A stretch of DNA of 64,000 nucleotides from Hypericibacter sp. Lineage in GTDB: Bacteria > Pseudomonadota > Alphaproteobacteria > Dongiales > Dongiaceae. The notes beneath the pieces were generated by a model that was not told where the DNA came from, did no database searches, and was given only the letters and a program-made list of their open reading frames with translations. The stretch is taken from assembly GCF_050729195.1 (NCBI RefSeq), contig NZ_JBOHKS010000053.1:6128-70127 (forward strand). The letters run 5' to 3'. The translations under genes and the position numbers were made by a program. Positions 19,521 to 28,468 of this stretch are shown one piece after another (the stretch's first letter is position 1; the number at the start of each line of letters is the position of its first letter).

Positions 19521-20333
19521 TCAGAAAGCGCGCCGATATCGCCGGCCGACCAGGAGCGCGGTCGCGACGAAGATCAGCGAGATGACGAGAAGGATGGTGG
19601 AGATGGCGTTCACTTCCGGCGTCACGCCGAGGCGCATCATCCCGTAGACATAGACCGGCAAGGTGGTCGAGCCCGCACTCGAGACCATCATGCTGATGAG
19701 GAAATCGTCGAGCGACACGACGAAGGCCATGATCGCGCCCGCCGCGATCGCCGGCGCCAGCAGGGGAAGCGTGATATGGCGGAAGAGCCGCCATTCGTCG
19801 GCATAGAGGTCCCGCCCCGCCTCCTCCAGCGTCCCGCCCATGTCGCGCAGCCGCGCCTGGACCGGCAGCAGGGCGAAGGGAATGCAGAAGACGGTGTGGG
19901 CGATGATCAGATTGAGTAGCCCGTAATGCATGCCGAGCAACGAGAAGAAGACCAGGGTCGTGATCGCGACTACGATCTCGGGCACCACCAGCGGCATGGC
20001 GATCATGCCGGTGACGATGCCGCGCCCGAAGCGGATGGTGCCGCGCTCGAGCGCGAGCGCGCCGGCGGTCGCGATCACGGTCGAGGCGATGGTGGCGGCG
20101 ACGGCGATGATGATGCTGTTGAGGGCGGCGCTGCGGATATCGTCATTGTTCGCGACCTGGACGAACCAGCGCAGGCTGAAGCCCGCCCAGACGGTGACGA
20201 GCTTGCTGGCGTTGAAGGAATAGAGCACCAGGATCAGCAGCGGCGCATAGAGGAAGATCAGGATCGCGCCGGTGAAGGACGGCAGGCCCGGCGTCCGGCG
20301 CCAGTCGAAGGGTCGGGACACGCGCGCGCTCAT
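19521..20333 (-). CDS. Polyamine-type ABC permease (PotC-like)
   Basis: FLYAPLLILVLYSFN, EAA loop LEEAGRDLYA, SLDDF. Confidence 0.9.
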   Translation of the reverse strand: MSARVSRPFDWRRTPGLPSFTGAILIFLYAPLLILVLYSFNASKLVTVWAGFSLRWFVQVANNDDIRSAALNSIIIAVAATIASTVIATAGALALERGTIRFGRGIVTGMIAMPLVVPEIVVAITTLVFFSLLGMHYGLLNLIIAHTVFCIPFALLPVQARLRDMGGTLEEAGRDLYADEWRLFRHITLPLLAPAIAAGAIMAFVVSLDDFLISMMVSSAGSTTLPVYVYGMMRLGVTPEVNAISTILLVISLIFVATALLVGRRYRRAF

Positions 20334-21205
20334 GCGTGGCTTCTTTGCGCTGGCGACCGGCGCGCCCGGAGCGCGAAGACCAGCAGCACGGTGATGGCGA
20401 TAACGGTCGAGAGCGCAGCGCCGAAGGGCCAGTTGCGCGAGGAGCTGAACTGCATCTGGATCAGGCTGCCGATCAGGAGTTTCTTGCCGCCGCCCAGCAG
20501 GTCGGGCGCCAGGAACGAGCCCAGCGCCGGCGCGAAGACGAGCCCGACACCGGCGAGCGCGCCCGGCTTGGCCAGGGGCCAGACCACGCGTTTGAAAACG
20601 GCGATTCGGTCGGCATAGAGATCGTAGGCGGCCTCGATCAGCCGGAAATCGATGCGCTCCAGCGTCGAGTAGATCGGCAGCACCATGAAGGGCAGGAAGG
20701 TGTAAACGAGCCCCAGCAGGATCGAGCCGTCGTTATAGAGCAGCGGCAAGGGTTCCGACGTGATCCCGATCGCGCGCAGGCCGTCATTGATCAGGCCCTC
20801 GTCGCGCAGGATGAGTATCCAGCAATAGGTCCGGATCAGCGTGTTGATCCAGAAGGGCAGCGTGATCAGGAACAGCAGGATGCGCCGGCGCGATTCGTTC
20901 TGGCAGACGATGTACCAGGCGACCGGCAGGCCCAGCACCAGGCAGATCAGCGTGGTCGCGACCGCCAGATAGATCGAGCGCAGGATGATGAAGATGTAAT
21001 CGGGCGCGAAGACCAGCGTGTCGTCGAAGTCGCGCTGATACAGGAACTGGATATAGGCATCGAAGGTCAAAGGCAGATTCACGCCGCCATAGGGATTGGC
21101 GGTCATGAAGGAGTAGGCCATGGCGATGAACATCGGAATCAGCATGAAGATTCCGATGACCAGGACGGCCGGCGCGATCAGGAAGAGTGTGCGCTTCGCC
21201 CCCAT
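20330..21205 (-). CDS. Polyamine-type ABC permease (PotB-like)
   Basis: LPFWINTLIRTY, LIEAAYDLYA, NWPFGAALS. Confidence 0.9.
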   Translation of the reverse strand: MGAKRTLFLIAPAVLVIGIFMLIPMFIAMAYSFMTANPYGGVNLPLTFDAYIQFLYQRDFDDTLVFAPDYIFIILRSIYLAVATTLICLVLGLPVAWYIVCQNESRRRILLFLITLPFWINTLIRTYCWILILRDEGLINDGLRAIGITSEPLPLLYNDGSILLGLVYTFLPFMVLPIYSTLERIDFRLIEAAYDLYADRIAVFKRVVWPLAKPGALAGVGLVFAPALGSFLAPDLLGGGKKLLIGSLIQMQFSSSRNWPFGAALSTVIAITVLLVFALRARRSPAQRSHA

Positions 21206-21218
21206 CGCCCGTTTCCGC

Positions 21219-22220
21219 TCAGTTCACCAGCTGGCGTTCGACGCCGTCCGCCCAGTCGACCGCGACGCGGTCGCCATGCTGGAAGCGATCCTCGCTGTCG
21301 CGCAGCCGCGCGCGCAGCTTGGTGCCTTTCGGCAGCGCCACTTCATAGAGCGTGTCGAGCCCGAGGAAGGTCACGCCCGAGACGATGCCTTCGATGCGGG
21401 CAGGCTTTCCGTTCGGGCCGGACCGGATCGAGATGCGCTCGGGCCGCACCGTCACGGTGACCGAGGCGCTGCGTCCCAGCAGGTCACCGGGGATCAGATT
21501 GGCCTCGCCGATGAAGTCGGCGACGAAGCAGCAACTCGGATTGTCGTAGATCTCGCGCGGGCTGCCGACCTGGAGGATATGGCCGTCGCGCATGACGGCG
21601 ATGCGGTCCGACATGGCGAGCGCCTCCTCCTGGTCATGCGTCACCAGGATGAAGGCGATGCCGGTCTCGCGCTGCAGCCGCTTGAGCTCGGTTTGCATCT
21701 CTTTGCGCAGCTTGAGATCGAGGGCCGAAAGCGGCTCGTCGAGAAGAAGGAGGCTGGGCTTGGGCGCCAGCGCACGGGCGAGCGCCACCCGCTGCTGCTG
21801 GCCACCGGAGAGCTGGCTGGGCTTGCGCAGGGCAAAGCCATCGAGCCTGACGAGTTGGAGCGTCTCGTCGACGCGCGCCTCGATCTCCGCTTTCGGCCAA
21901 TCCTGCATCTCGAGGCCGAAGGCGACGTTCTCGGCGACGGTCATATGGGGGAAGAGCGCGTAGCTCTGGAACACCGTGTTGACCGGCCGCTTCTGCGGCG
22001 GCAGGCCGGCGACGTCGAGCGCGCCGATGCGGATAGCACCCTCGGTGGGGCTGTCGAAGCCGCCGATGAGACGCAGCAGGGTGGTCTTGCCGCAGCCCGA
22101 CGGCCCCAGCAACGTGAAGAACTCGTTGCTGCCGATCTCGACGCTGACGGTCTTCAGCGCATAGACCGTCCCGGCATCCCGGGTGACGAAGGCCTTCGAG
22201 ACGCGTTGCACTTCGATCAT
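21219..22220 (-). CDS. Polyamine-type ABC ATP-binding protein (PotA-like)
   Basis: GPSGCGKTT, LSGGQQQRVALARAL, LLLDEP, VTHDQEEA. Confidence 0.92.
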   Translation of the reverse strand: MIEVQRVSKAFVTRDAGTVYALKTVSVEIGSNEFFTLLGPSGCGKTTLLRLIGGFDSPTEGAIRIGALDVAGLPPQKRPVNTVFQSYALFPHMTVAENVAFGLEMQDWPKAEIEARVDETLQLVRLDGFALRKPSQLSGGQQQRVALARALAPKPSLLLLDEPLSALDLKLRKEMQTELKRLQRETGIAFILVTHDQEEALAMSDRIAVMRDGHILQVGSPREIYDNPSCCFVADFIGEANLIPGDLLGRSASVTVTVRPERISIRSGPNGKPARIEGIVSGVTFLGLDTLYEVALPKGTKLRARLRDSEDRFQHGDRVAVDWADGVERQLVN

Positions 22221-22383
22221 CGTCAGATCCGACCCTTGAATGGCGACAGCATGGCCGGCGGGGGCGCTCTTTCGCGGCTTGTCGCCCGACCGGTCGCCCG
22301 GACGGCCGAACGCTGCCGCTCCTGCCCGCCACGGTCTTGATTTGTCGCGCCGATCCCGGAAAGCTTCGCACCAAAATTATATT

Positions 22384-22439
22384 TGTCAAACAAAAATATA
22401 TTTTATTATACTTAGAATTTAAACCCAGGATAATATATT
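22384..22439. promoter_or_regulatory. Divergent promoter region with TTGACA (-35, minus strand), AAAATATATTTT palindrome and GATAATATATT box
   Basis: TGTCAA 22384-22389; perfect palindrome 22393-22404; GATAATATATT 22429-22439; markedly AT-rich island in GC-rich DNA. Confidence 0.65.
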
Positions 22440-22484
22440 TAACGTTCGGCCGTGACTGGTGCCGGGACAGCCATAGGGGCCTCG

Positions 22485-23207
22485 ATGGGGCGAGACGCCG
22501 CGCGAAACATGACGCAAGGCGCCTATGAAGGGCTGCGGGCCGATCTCCTGGCCTGCCGCATCCTTCCCGGCAGCCGGCTCAAGATTCAGAACCTCTGCGA
22601 CCGCTTCTCGGTCAGCCTCGGCGCCGTGCGCGAGGCGCTCTCGCGCCTGACCTCGGAAGGCCTGGTCATCTCGGAGCCGCAGCGGGGATTCCGCGCGGCG
22701 CCCATTTCAGTCACCGACCTGCGCGACCTCACGATGGTCCGGATCGAGATCGAACGGCTCTGCATCACCCGCGCGATCGCCGCCGGCAGCGTGGAATGGG
22801 AGGCCAAGCTGGTCGCGGCCTTCCACCGCCTGTCGCGAACGCCCGAGCGCGCCGTCACCGACCCGATGCGGTCGGACGACGATTGGGCGGATGCCCATGC
22901 GGCGTTCCATTTGGCGCTGGTGGAAGGGGCCGATAGTCCCTGGCTCCTGCGCATCCACAGCCAGCTCTATGCCCAGAGCGAGCGCTATCGCCGACTCTCG
23001 GTGCCGCTCAGCACCGAAGAGCGGAATGTCGGCGACGAGCATCAGCGCATCATGGAGGCGGCGTTGCGCCGCGATGCGGCCGGTGCCGTTGCGCTCATGA
23101 CGCGCCATCTCGCGGTGACGACGGAGATCCTGTTGGGCGCCGACATCGAGAGCTATGCCGCACGGCGGGCTGCCCGCGAGGATCAGGACGGGGATAAGGG
23201 CGAATAG
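22485..23207 (+). CDS. GntR-family regulator (FCD domain), paralog 2
   Basis: wHTH nearly identical to paralog 1 (VSLGAVREALSRLTSEGLV); start uncertain (22452/22485/22509). Confidence 0.92.
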   Translation: MGRDAARNMTQGAYEGLRADLLACRILPGSRLKIQNLCDRFSVSLGAVREALSRLTSEGLVISEPQRGFRAAPISVTDLRDLTMVRIEIERLCITRAIAAGSVEWEAKLVAAFHRLSRTPERAVTDPMRSDDDWADAHAAFHLALVEGADSPWLLRIHSQLYAQSERYRRLSVPLSTEERNVGDEHQRIMEAALRRDAAGAVALMTRHLAVTTEILLGADIESYAARRAAREDQDGDKGE

Positions 23208-23242
23208 AAAGCGCGCACGCATCGCCACCATCCATGACTCAT

Positions 23243-23280
23243 CCCCTCCCCCCTTGAGGGGGAGGTGAAGAAAGGGAGGG
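23243..23280 (+). repeat. REP-like palindromic repeat
   Basis: CCCCTCCCCCCTTGAGGGGGAGG...GGGAGGG between convergent genes; same family as 2424-2518. Confidence 0.6.
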
Positions 23281-23303
23281 AGGCTCAGCCGAGAAAGCGG
23301 CGG

Positions 23304-25280
23304 TCACACTTTCATGGGCAGGATCAGCATCGGGACGCCGCGCATATGGAGCTCGCGCTGCATGGCCAGCGCGGTCTGATTGTGCAGCAGGCGGGTCACC
23401 AGGTTCTCGCGCTGGAAGAGCAGCTTCGACGCCAGATAGACGCAGTCGGGATATTCCGCCAGCACCTTATCGGCGAGCTGCGTCAGCTCGGCCATCACGT
23501 CGGCGCCGAGCCGGTAATAGCCGGCGGCCGCCATGCCGCGGCGCTGGCAGTAATTGACGAACTGGTCGAGGCTCGCCTTCACCTCTTCCTCGAGCTGCTT
23601 CAGCGCGTCCTCGCTGCGGAAGCTGGAGGAATCGATTTCGCCGACGCGCAGGAAAATATAGTTCTTGAAGCGGTCGCCGAAGAGCTTGCGGGCCGTGAGC
23701 AGCGTATGCATGCCCGACCCGGTGTTGGCGCCGATCAGGAAGACCGCGGTCGGCTTCTTGGGATCGAGCGGCGGCGGCTTGTCGACCGGGCCGCCCGGCG
23801 CCGTCGCCGCGAAGAGCGCGTCGACCTTCGCCATCTGGCGGCGATGTTCCTCATAATATTGCCGGATCATCAAACAGAGGCCGATGACGAGACCCGTGAT
23901 CAGGATCGTCATCCAGGCGCCCTGCGTGAACTTGGTATAGACCGTGACGCCCAGAATGCCGCCGGTCACGACCGTGCCGAGGATCGCCAGCAGCAGGCGC
24001 CCAATGCGCGGGCGGCCATGGCGCAGCTCGGCCAGCCAATGCACCAGCAGGCCGGCGAAGCTCAAGGTGAAGCTGATGAAGACGTTGATGCTGTAGAGCA
24101 CGACGATGATGCTGACCTGGCCGCCGGTCAGGATCAGCACGCCCACCGCCGAAAGCCCCATCATCAGCACGCCGTTCTGCGTCACCAGCCGGTTCGAGAA
24201 CTGCGAGAACTGATGCGGGACCCAGCGGTCGGCCGCCATGTTGGCGAGCACGGCCGGGCCGCCGAGGAAGCCGGTGTTGGCGGCGACGAACAGCAGGCCT
24301 GCCGCGAAGGCCAGGGTCATCAGCATGACGACCGGCAGGGCCGGCGAATCCGCACCCAGCAATTGCTCGAGGATCAGGCGGAAGGTCGCGGCATTGAGGG
24401 TCCGACCATGCTCGGGCACCACCGACCACAGCAGATAGAGGATGATCAGGCCGCCGGCGGTGAAGGCCAGCGAGGTCGCCATATAGGCCATGGTCCATCG
24501 GGCGCTGCGGACCCGCGGTTCCTTCAGCATATGGACGTTGTTCGAGACCGCCTCGATGCCGGTATAGGTACCGCCGCCCAACGCGAAGGCCTGCAGCACG
24601 ACCGCCAGCATGGCCGGCAATCCGATGGCGCTCACCAGATTGCGGGTCTCGGTGATGGTCTCCGGGACCAGGCCGGGCAGCCGATCCGCATGCATCGACA
24701 TGCCGACGACGATCAAGCCGCCATGGGTGACGAGGAAGCCCAGGAAGATCGGCATCAATACCAGCACGACCTCCTTGATGCCGCGCAAATTCGCGACCAG
24801 GAGCGCCAGTGTGATGACAATTTCGACCGGCAGCTTCCAGGGCTGCCATTCGACGGGGAGCAGGCTGAAGAGCGCGTCGACGCCGCTGGCGATCGAGATC
24901 GCGATCGTCAGCATGAAATTGACGATCAGCGCCGAACCCGAGACGAGGCCGGCCTTGGGACCCAGCAGCACCGAAGCGATGCGGTAACCGCCGCCGCCCT
25001 GGGGGAAGAGCTCGATGACCTGGATATAGCCGAGACAGATGATGAAGACGGTGATCGCCGTCGCCACGGCCAGATAGAGCGCCAGATGGTTGTAGCCCAT
25101 CAGCGCGAGGAAGGATTCCTCAGGACCGTAGTTGGCGGACGAGAGTCCGTCCGCGCCCAGCCCGACCCAGGCCAGGAATGCGACCAGCAGCATGCCTTCG
25201 CGATGCTGGCTCGCCAGCGGATTGCGCGGCGCACCGATCACGATGCGCTTCAGGCGCTTGAAATAGGCCCTTCCAAACAT
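23304..25280 (-). CDS. APC-superfamily transporter with cytoplasmic C-terminal domain (KimA/YdaO-like)
   Basis: ~12 hydrophobic segments, ADGLSSANY and TGIEAVSN motifs, GGGGY, soluble ~150 aa C-terminal domain. Confidence 0.8.
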   Translation of the reverse strand: MFGRAYFKRLKRIVIGAPRNPLASQHREGMLLVAFLAWVGLGADGLSSANYGPEESFLALMGYNHLALYLAVATAITVFIICLGYIQVIELFPQGGGGYRIASVLLGPKAGLVSGSALIVNFMLTIAISIASGVDALFSLLPVEWQPWKLPVEIVITLALLVANLRGIKEVVLVLMPIFLGFLVTHGGLIVVGMSMHADRLPGLVPETITETRNLVSAIGLPAMLAVVLQAFALGGGTYTGIEAVSNNVHMLKEPRVRSARWTMAYMATSLAFTAGGLIILYLLWSVVPEHGRTLNAATFRLILEQLLGADSPALPVVMLMTLAFAAGLLFVAANTGFLGGPAVLANMAADRWVPHQFSQFSNRLVTQNGVLMMGLSAVGVLILTGGQVSIIVVLYSINVFISFTLSFAGLLVHWLAELRHGRPRIGRLLLAILGTVVTGGILGVTVYTKFTQGAWMTILITGLVIGLCLMIRQYYEEHRRQMAKVDALFAATAPGGPVDKPPPLDPKKPTAVFLIGANTGSGMHTLLTARKLFGDRFKNYIFLRVGEIDSSSFRSEDALKQLEEEVKASLDQFVNYCQRRGMAAAGYYRLGADVMAELTQLADKVLAEYPDCVYLASKLLFQRENLVTRLLHNQTALAMQRELHMRGVPMLILPMKV

Positions 25281-25332
25281 GCTTGCCGGCCGGCGCGGAC
25301 GCCGGCCATCCCTTGTCGTTTCTTTGGTCTTC

Positions 25333-26451
25333 TTATCGGCGCAACAGGAACTCGCGGCCGACCTTCACCATCGGCTTGCCGTCATATTCGATGATGTCGG
25401 CTGTCGCATAGGTCTCGGTCCAGCGCTGTGGCAAATAGGAGCCTGTGCCGATCACGTCGATCGGCGCCTTCGCGTCGGCCATCACCTTGCATTTGGCCGG
25501 ATCGAACCCGGAGGAGGCAACCAGTCTGACTTTCTGGAAGCCCGCATTGTCGAGCGCATCGCGCATATGCCAGCAGGCCGCGGCCGAGACACCGGCGCCG
25601 ACCAGATAGCGCAGCTCCGCTTCGCTGCGATAACCGCGGATCGCGGCCGGCGCATGGCGCTCGAGCGCCGCATAGGAAGCCGGCGGATCGAGCCCTTCGA
25701 TGAAGCGGCTGCCGGGCGTGTCGATCCGCACGCCCAGCTTCCCGGCCTCGGCCATCGCCGAAAACTGGCGGCAGACCGCGAGAGAGTCGGTGACTTCGCG
25801 CGCGAAGTAATCGACCAGCACGGTCATGTCCTGATCGGGGAAGCTCTCATGGAACATCTCGGCGGCGCGTAACGTGGAGCCCGCATAGCCGATGAAAGCA
25901 TGCGGCATGGTGCCGAGCCCGTGCGTCAAACCGAAATAGCCGGCGGTCGCGGTGGTGGCGTTGCCGATGAAGCCCTTGGCATTCACCTTGCGCCGCGCGC
26001 GGGCCGAGCCGACGCTCGCGGCATAGGCCATGATCTCGGCCATCTCGAGGCCCGCGCAGTGGCGCGCATCCATGGCGAGGAAGGCGACCTTCGGCAGATC
26101 GGCGCACATGGTGTAGGCGTTGAAGGCGGCGACGCAGGCCGGGCCCAGCTTCTGCAGGAAGATGGTCTCGAGATCGCAGAGATGGAACAGCGAGCCGGCG
26201 ATATAGAGGATCGGCTCGCCAGCGCCGACCCAGCGGCCCTCGGCATAATTGACGTCGATCTTGAACTCGGTCCCGCGCGCCTTGGCCATCGCCTGCAGCC
26301 AGTCGACGGCGAGGCGCGGTGCGGAGACAACGGGGCGGCGCATGAACACGGCATAGGTCACGCGCCGGTCGCCGAAGCGGCCCACCGCCTCCTTGGTGCG
26401 CATGAAATACTGATCGGTCCAGGCCGCTATCTCGTCGGGCTCGGGATTCAT
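25333..26451 (-). CDS. pncB: Nicotinate phosphoribosyltransferase (short form)
   Basis: TDQYF, DARH, GTMPHA (phospho-His motif), VLVDYF, GVRIDT, ASSGFD, IGTGSY. Confidence 0.8.
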   Translation of the reverse strand: MNPEPDEIAAWTDQYFMRTKEAVGRFGDRRVTYAVFMRRPVVSAPRLAVDWLQAMAKARGTEFKIDVNYAEGRWVGAGEPILYIAGSLFHLCDLETIFLQKLGPACVAAFNAYTMCADLPKVAFLAMDARHCAGLEMAEIMAYAASVGSARARRKVNAKGFIGNATTATAGYFGLTHGLGTMPHAFIGYAGSTLRAAEMFHESFPDQDMTVLVDYFAREVTDSLAVCRQFSAMAEAGKLGVRIDTPGSRFIEGLDPPASYAALERHAPAAIRGYRSEAELRYLVGAGVSAAACWHMRDALDNAGFQKVRLVASSGFDPAKCKVMADAKAPIDVIGTGSYLPQRWTETYATADIIEYDGKPMVKVGREFLLRR

Positions 26452-26489
26452 GACCGCGTCGCTGTTGGAGCGGGGATGATCGGGTTCGA

Positions 26490-27872
26490 TCAGGAAGCCT
26501 GGGCGACGCGCTTGCCCGCGGCCAGCCGTTCACGCTTGAGCGACTCCGCGATGAGGAAGGCCAGCTCGAGCGACTGGCTGGCATTGAGACGCGGATCGCA
26601 ATGGGTGTGATAGCGATCCGCGAGCCGCTCGTCGGTGATCGCCTGGGCGCCACCGATGCATTCGGTCACGTCCTGGCCCGTCATCTCGAAATGGACGCCG
26701 CCGGCATGGGTTCCCTCGGCCTGATGCACGGCGAAGAAGCCGCGCACCTCCGAGAGGATGCGATCGAAGGGCCGCGTCTTGTAGCCGGTCGAGGATTTGA
26801 CCGTGTTGCCATGCATGGGGTCGCAAGACCAGACCACCTTGGCGCCGGCGCGCTCGACCGCGCGAATCAGGCCCGGCAGCTTCGCCTCGACCTTGTCATG
26901 GCCCATGCGGGCGATCAGCGTCAGACGGCCCGGGATGTTTTGCGGATTGAGGATCTCCATCAGCCGCAGCAGATCGTCGGTCGGCATGGTCGGGCCGCAT
27001 TTGAGCCCGATCGGATTCTGCACGCCGCGCAGGAACTCGACATGAGCGCCGTCGGGCTGGCGGGTGCGATCGCCGATCCAGAGCATATGGGCCGAGCAGT
27101 CGTACCACTGGCCGGTCAGGCTATCGACGCGGGTCAAGGCCTGCTCATAGACGAGGAGCAGCGCTTCATGGCTGGTGAAGAACTCGGTCTCGCGAATCTG
27201 CGGCGTGGTCTCGCCGGTCAGCCCACAGGCCGCCATGAAATCCAGGGTCTCGCTCAGACGGTCCGCCAGCTCGGCATAGCGATGGCCTTGCGCGCTGTCG
27301 GAGACGAAGTCGAGATTCCAGCGATGGACCTTGTGCAGGTCGGCGAAGCCGCCTTGCGCGAAGGCGCGCAGCAGATTGAGCGTCGCCGCCGACTGGTTGT
27401 AGCTCTGCACCAGGCGCTCGGGATCCGGACGGCGGGCGTCAGGCGTGAACTCGATGCCGTTGATGTTGTCGCCGCGATAGCTCGGCAGCTCGACGCCGCC
27501 GATGGTCTCGGTCGGGGCCGAGCGCGGCTTGGCGAACTGGCCGGCCATGCGGCCGACCTTCACGATCGGGCAGGCGGCGCCGAAGGTCAGCACCACCGCC
27601 ATCTGCAGCATGACGCGGAAGGTATCGCGGATGTTGTTGGCGTTGAACTCGGCGAAGCTTTCCGCGCAGTCGCCGCCCTGGAGCAGGAAAGCCTGCCCCT
27701 CGGCCACGGCGCCCAGCCGCTCGGTCAGCCGCCGGGCCTCGCCCGCGAAGACCAGCGGCGGATAGGCACGCAGCCGCCGCTCGACATCGTCGAGCTTGGC
27801 CGGGTCCGGATATTCCGGCACCTGGCTGATCGGCTTGGTGCGCCAACCATCGGGCATCCACTTCGCGGTCAT
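26490..27872 (-). CDS. Class II (plant-type) DAHP synthase
   Basis: [62 protein letters not shown]. Confidence 0.95.
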   Translation of the reverse strand: MTAKWMPDGWRTKPISQVPEYPDPAKLDDVERRLRAYPPLVFAGEARRLTERLGAVAEGQAFLLQGGDCAESFAEFNANNIRDTFRVMLQMAVVLTFGAACPIVKVGRMAGQFAKPRSAPTETIGGVELPSYRGDNINGIEFTPDARRPDPERLVQSYNQSAATLNLLRAFAQGGFADLHKVHRWNLDFVSDSAQGHRYAELADRLSETLDFMAACGLTGETTPQIRETEFFTSHEALLLVYEQALTRVDSLTGQWYDCSAHMLWIGDRTRQPDGAHVEFLRGVQNPIGLKCGPTMPTDDLLRLMEILNPQNIPGRLTLIARMGHDKVEAKLPGLIRAVERAGAKVVWSCDPMHGNTVKSSTGYKTRPFDRILSEVRGFFAVHQAEGTHAGGVHFEMTGQDVTECIGGAQAITDERLADRYHTHCDPRLNASQSLELAFLIAESLKRERLAAGKRVAQAS

Positions 27873-28067
27873 AAAACTTCCTTTCCTGCTCCCCATTCCC
27901 GAGCAAGGTCCCCGCATATACGCCCTCGCGGCAGTCATTTCAACCAACCCCCGGGAGCCTTTCCCCGACGCCCAAAGCCAATAGCTGGCGAGCATCGGCC
28001 AGACGGATCTGTTTTGTTGTTTAAGAATTGGAATTGCTAGATTTTTTAAGCAGCCGGACGGGCGGGT

Positions 28068-28448
28068 TCAGCGGCCAGGGCCGCCGCTCGCGAGCAGCTC
28101 CGGATCGACTTTCAGAGCCTTCGCGAGCTTTCGGATGAGCGCACGGCCCGCCTCTCGTTCGCCTCGCTCGATTTGCGAGATGTAAACCGGGCTCGTACCC
28201 GCCGCCCGCGCCAGGCGCGCCTGGGTCAGGCCGCGATGCTCGCGCAGCGCCTTGATGGGAGGGGCGCCATCGAGGATGGCGGCCAGCACGGCATCAGGGA
28301 AAGCCTCGCCCGGCTGGTCGAGATAGGCCAGGACGGAAGCGGCATCGGCGCGGTCTTCGAGTGCCCCTTCAATCCGCTGCCATTCGGCGATCGGAACCAC
28401 CACCGCCACCGGCCGGCCATTCTTCGTGATGATTTGCCGTCCTTTCAT
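28068..28448 (-). CDS. Phd/YefM-like N-terminus fused to XRE-type HTH (antitoxin-like regulator)
   Basis: IITKNGRPVAVVVPI N-terminus; LREHRGLTQARLARAAGTSPVYISQIERG Cro/XRE HTH. Confidence 0.8.
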   Translation of the reverse strand: MKGRQIITKNGRPVAVVVPIAEWQRIEGALEDRADAASVLAYLDQPGEAFPDAVLAAILDGAPPIKALREHRGLTQARLARAAGTSPVYISQIERGEREAGRALIRKLAKALKVDPELLASGGPGR

Positions 28449-28468
28449 GAACGTCTCTCGATAACCGG

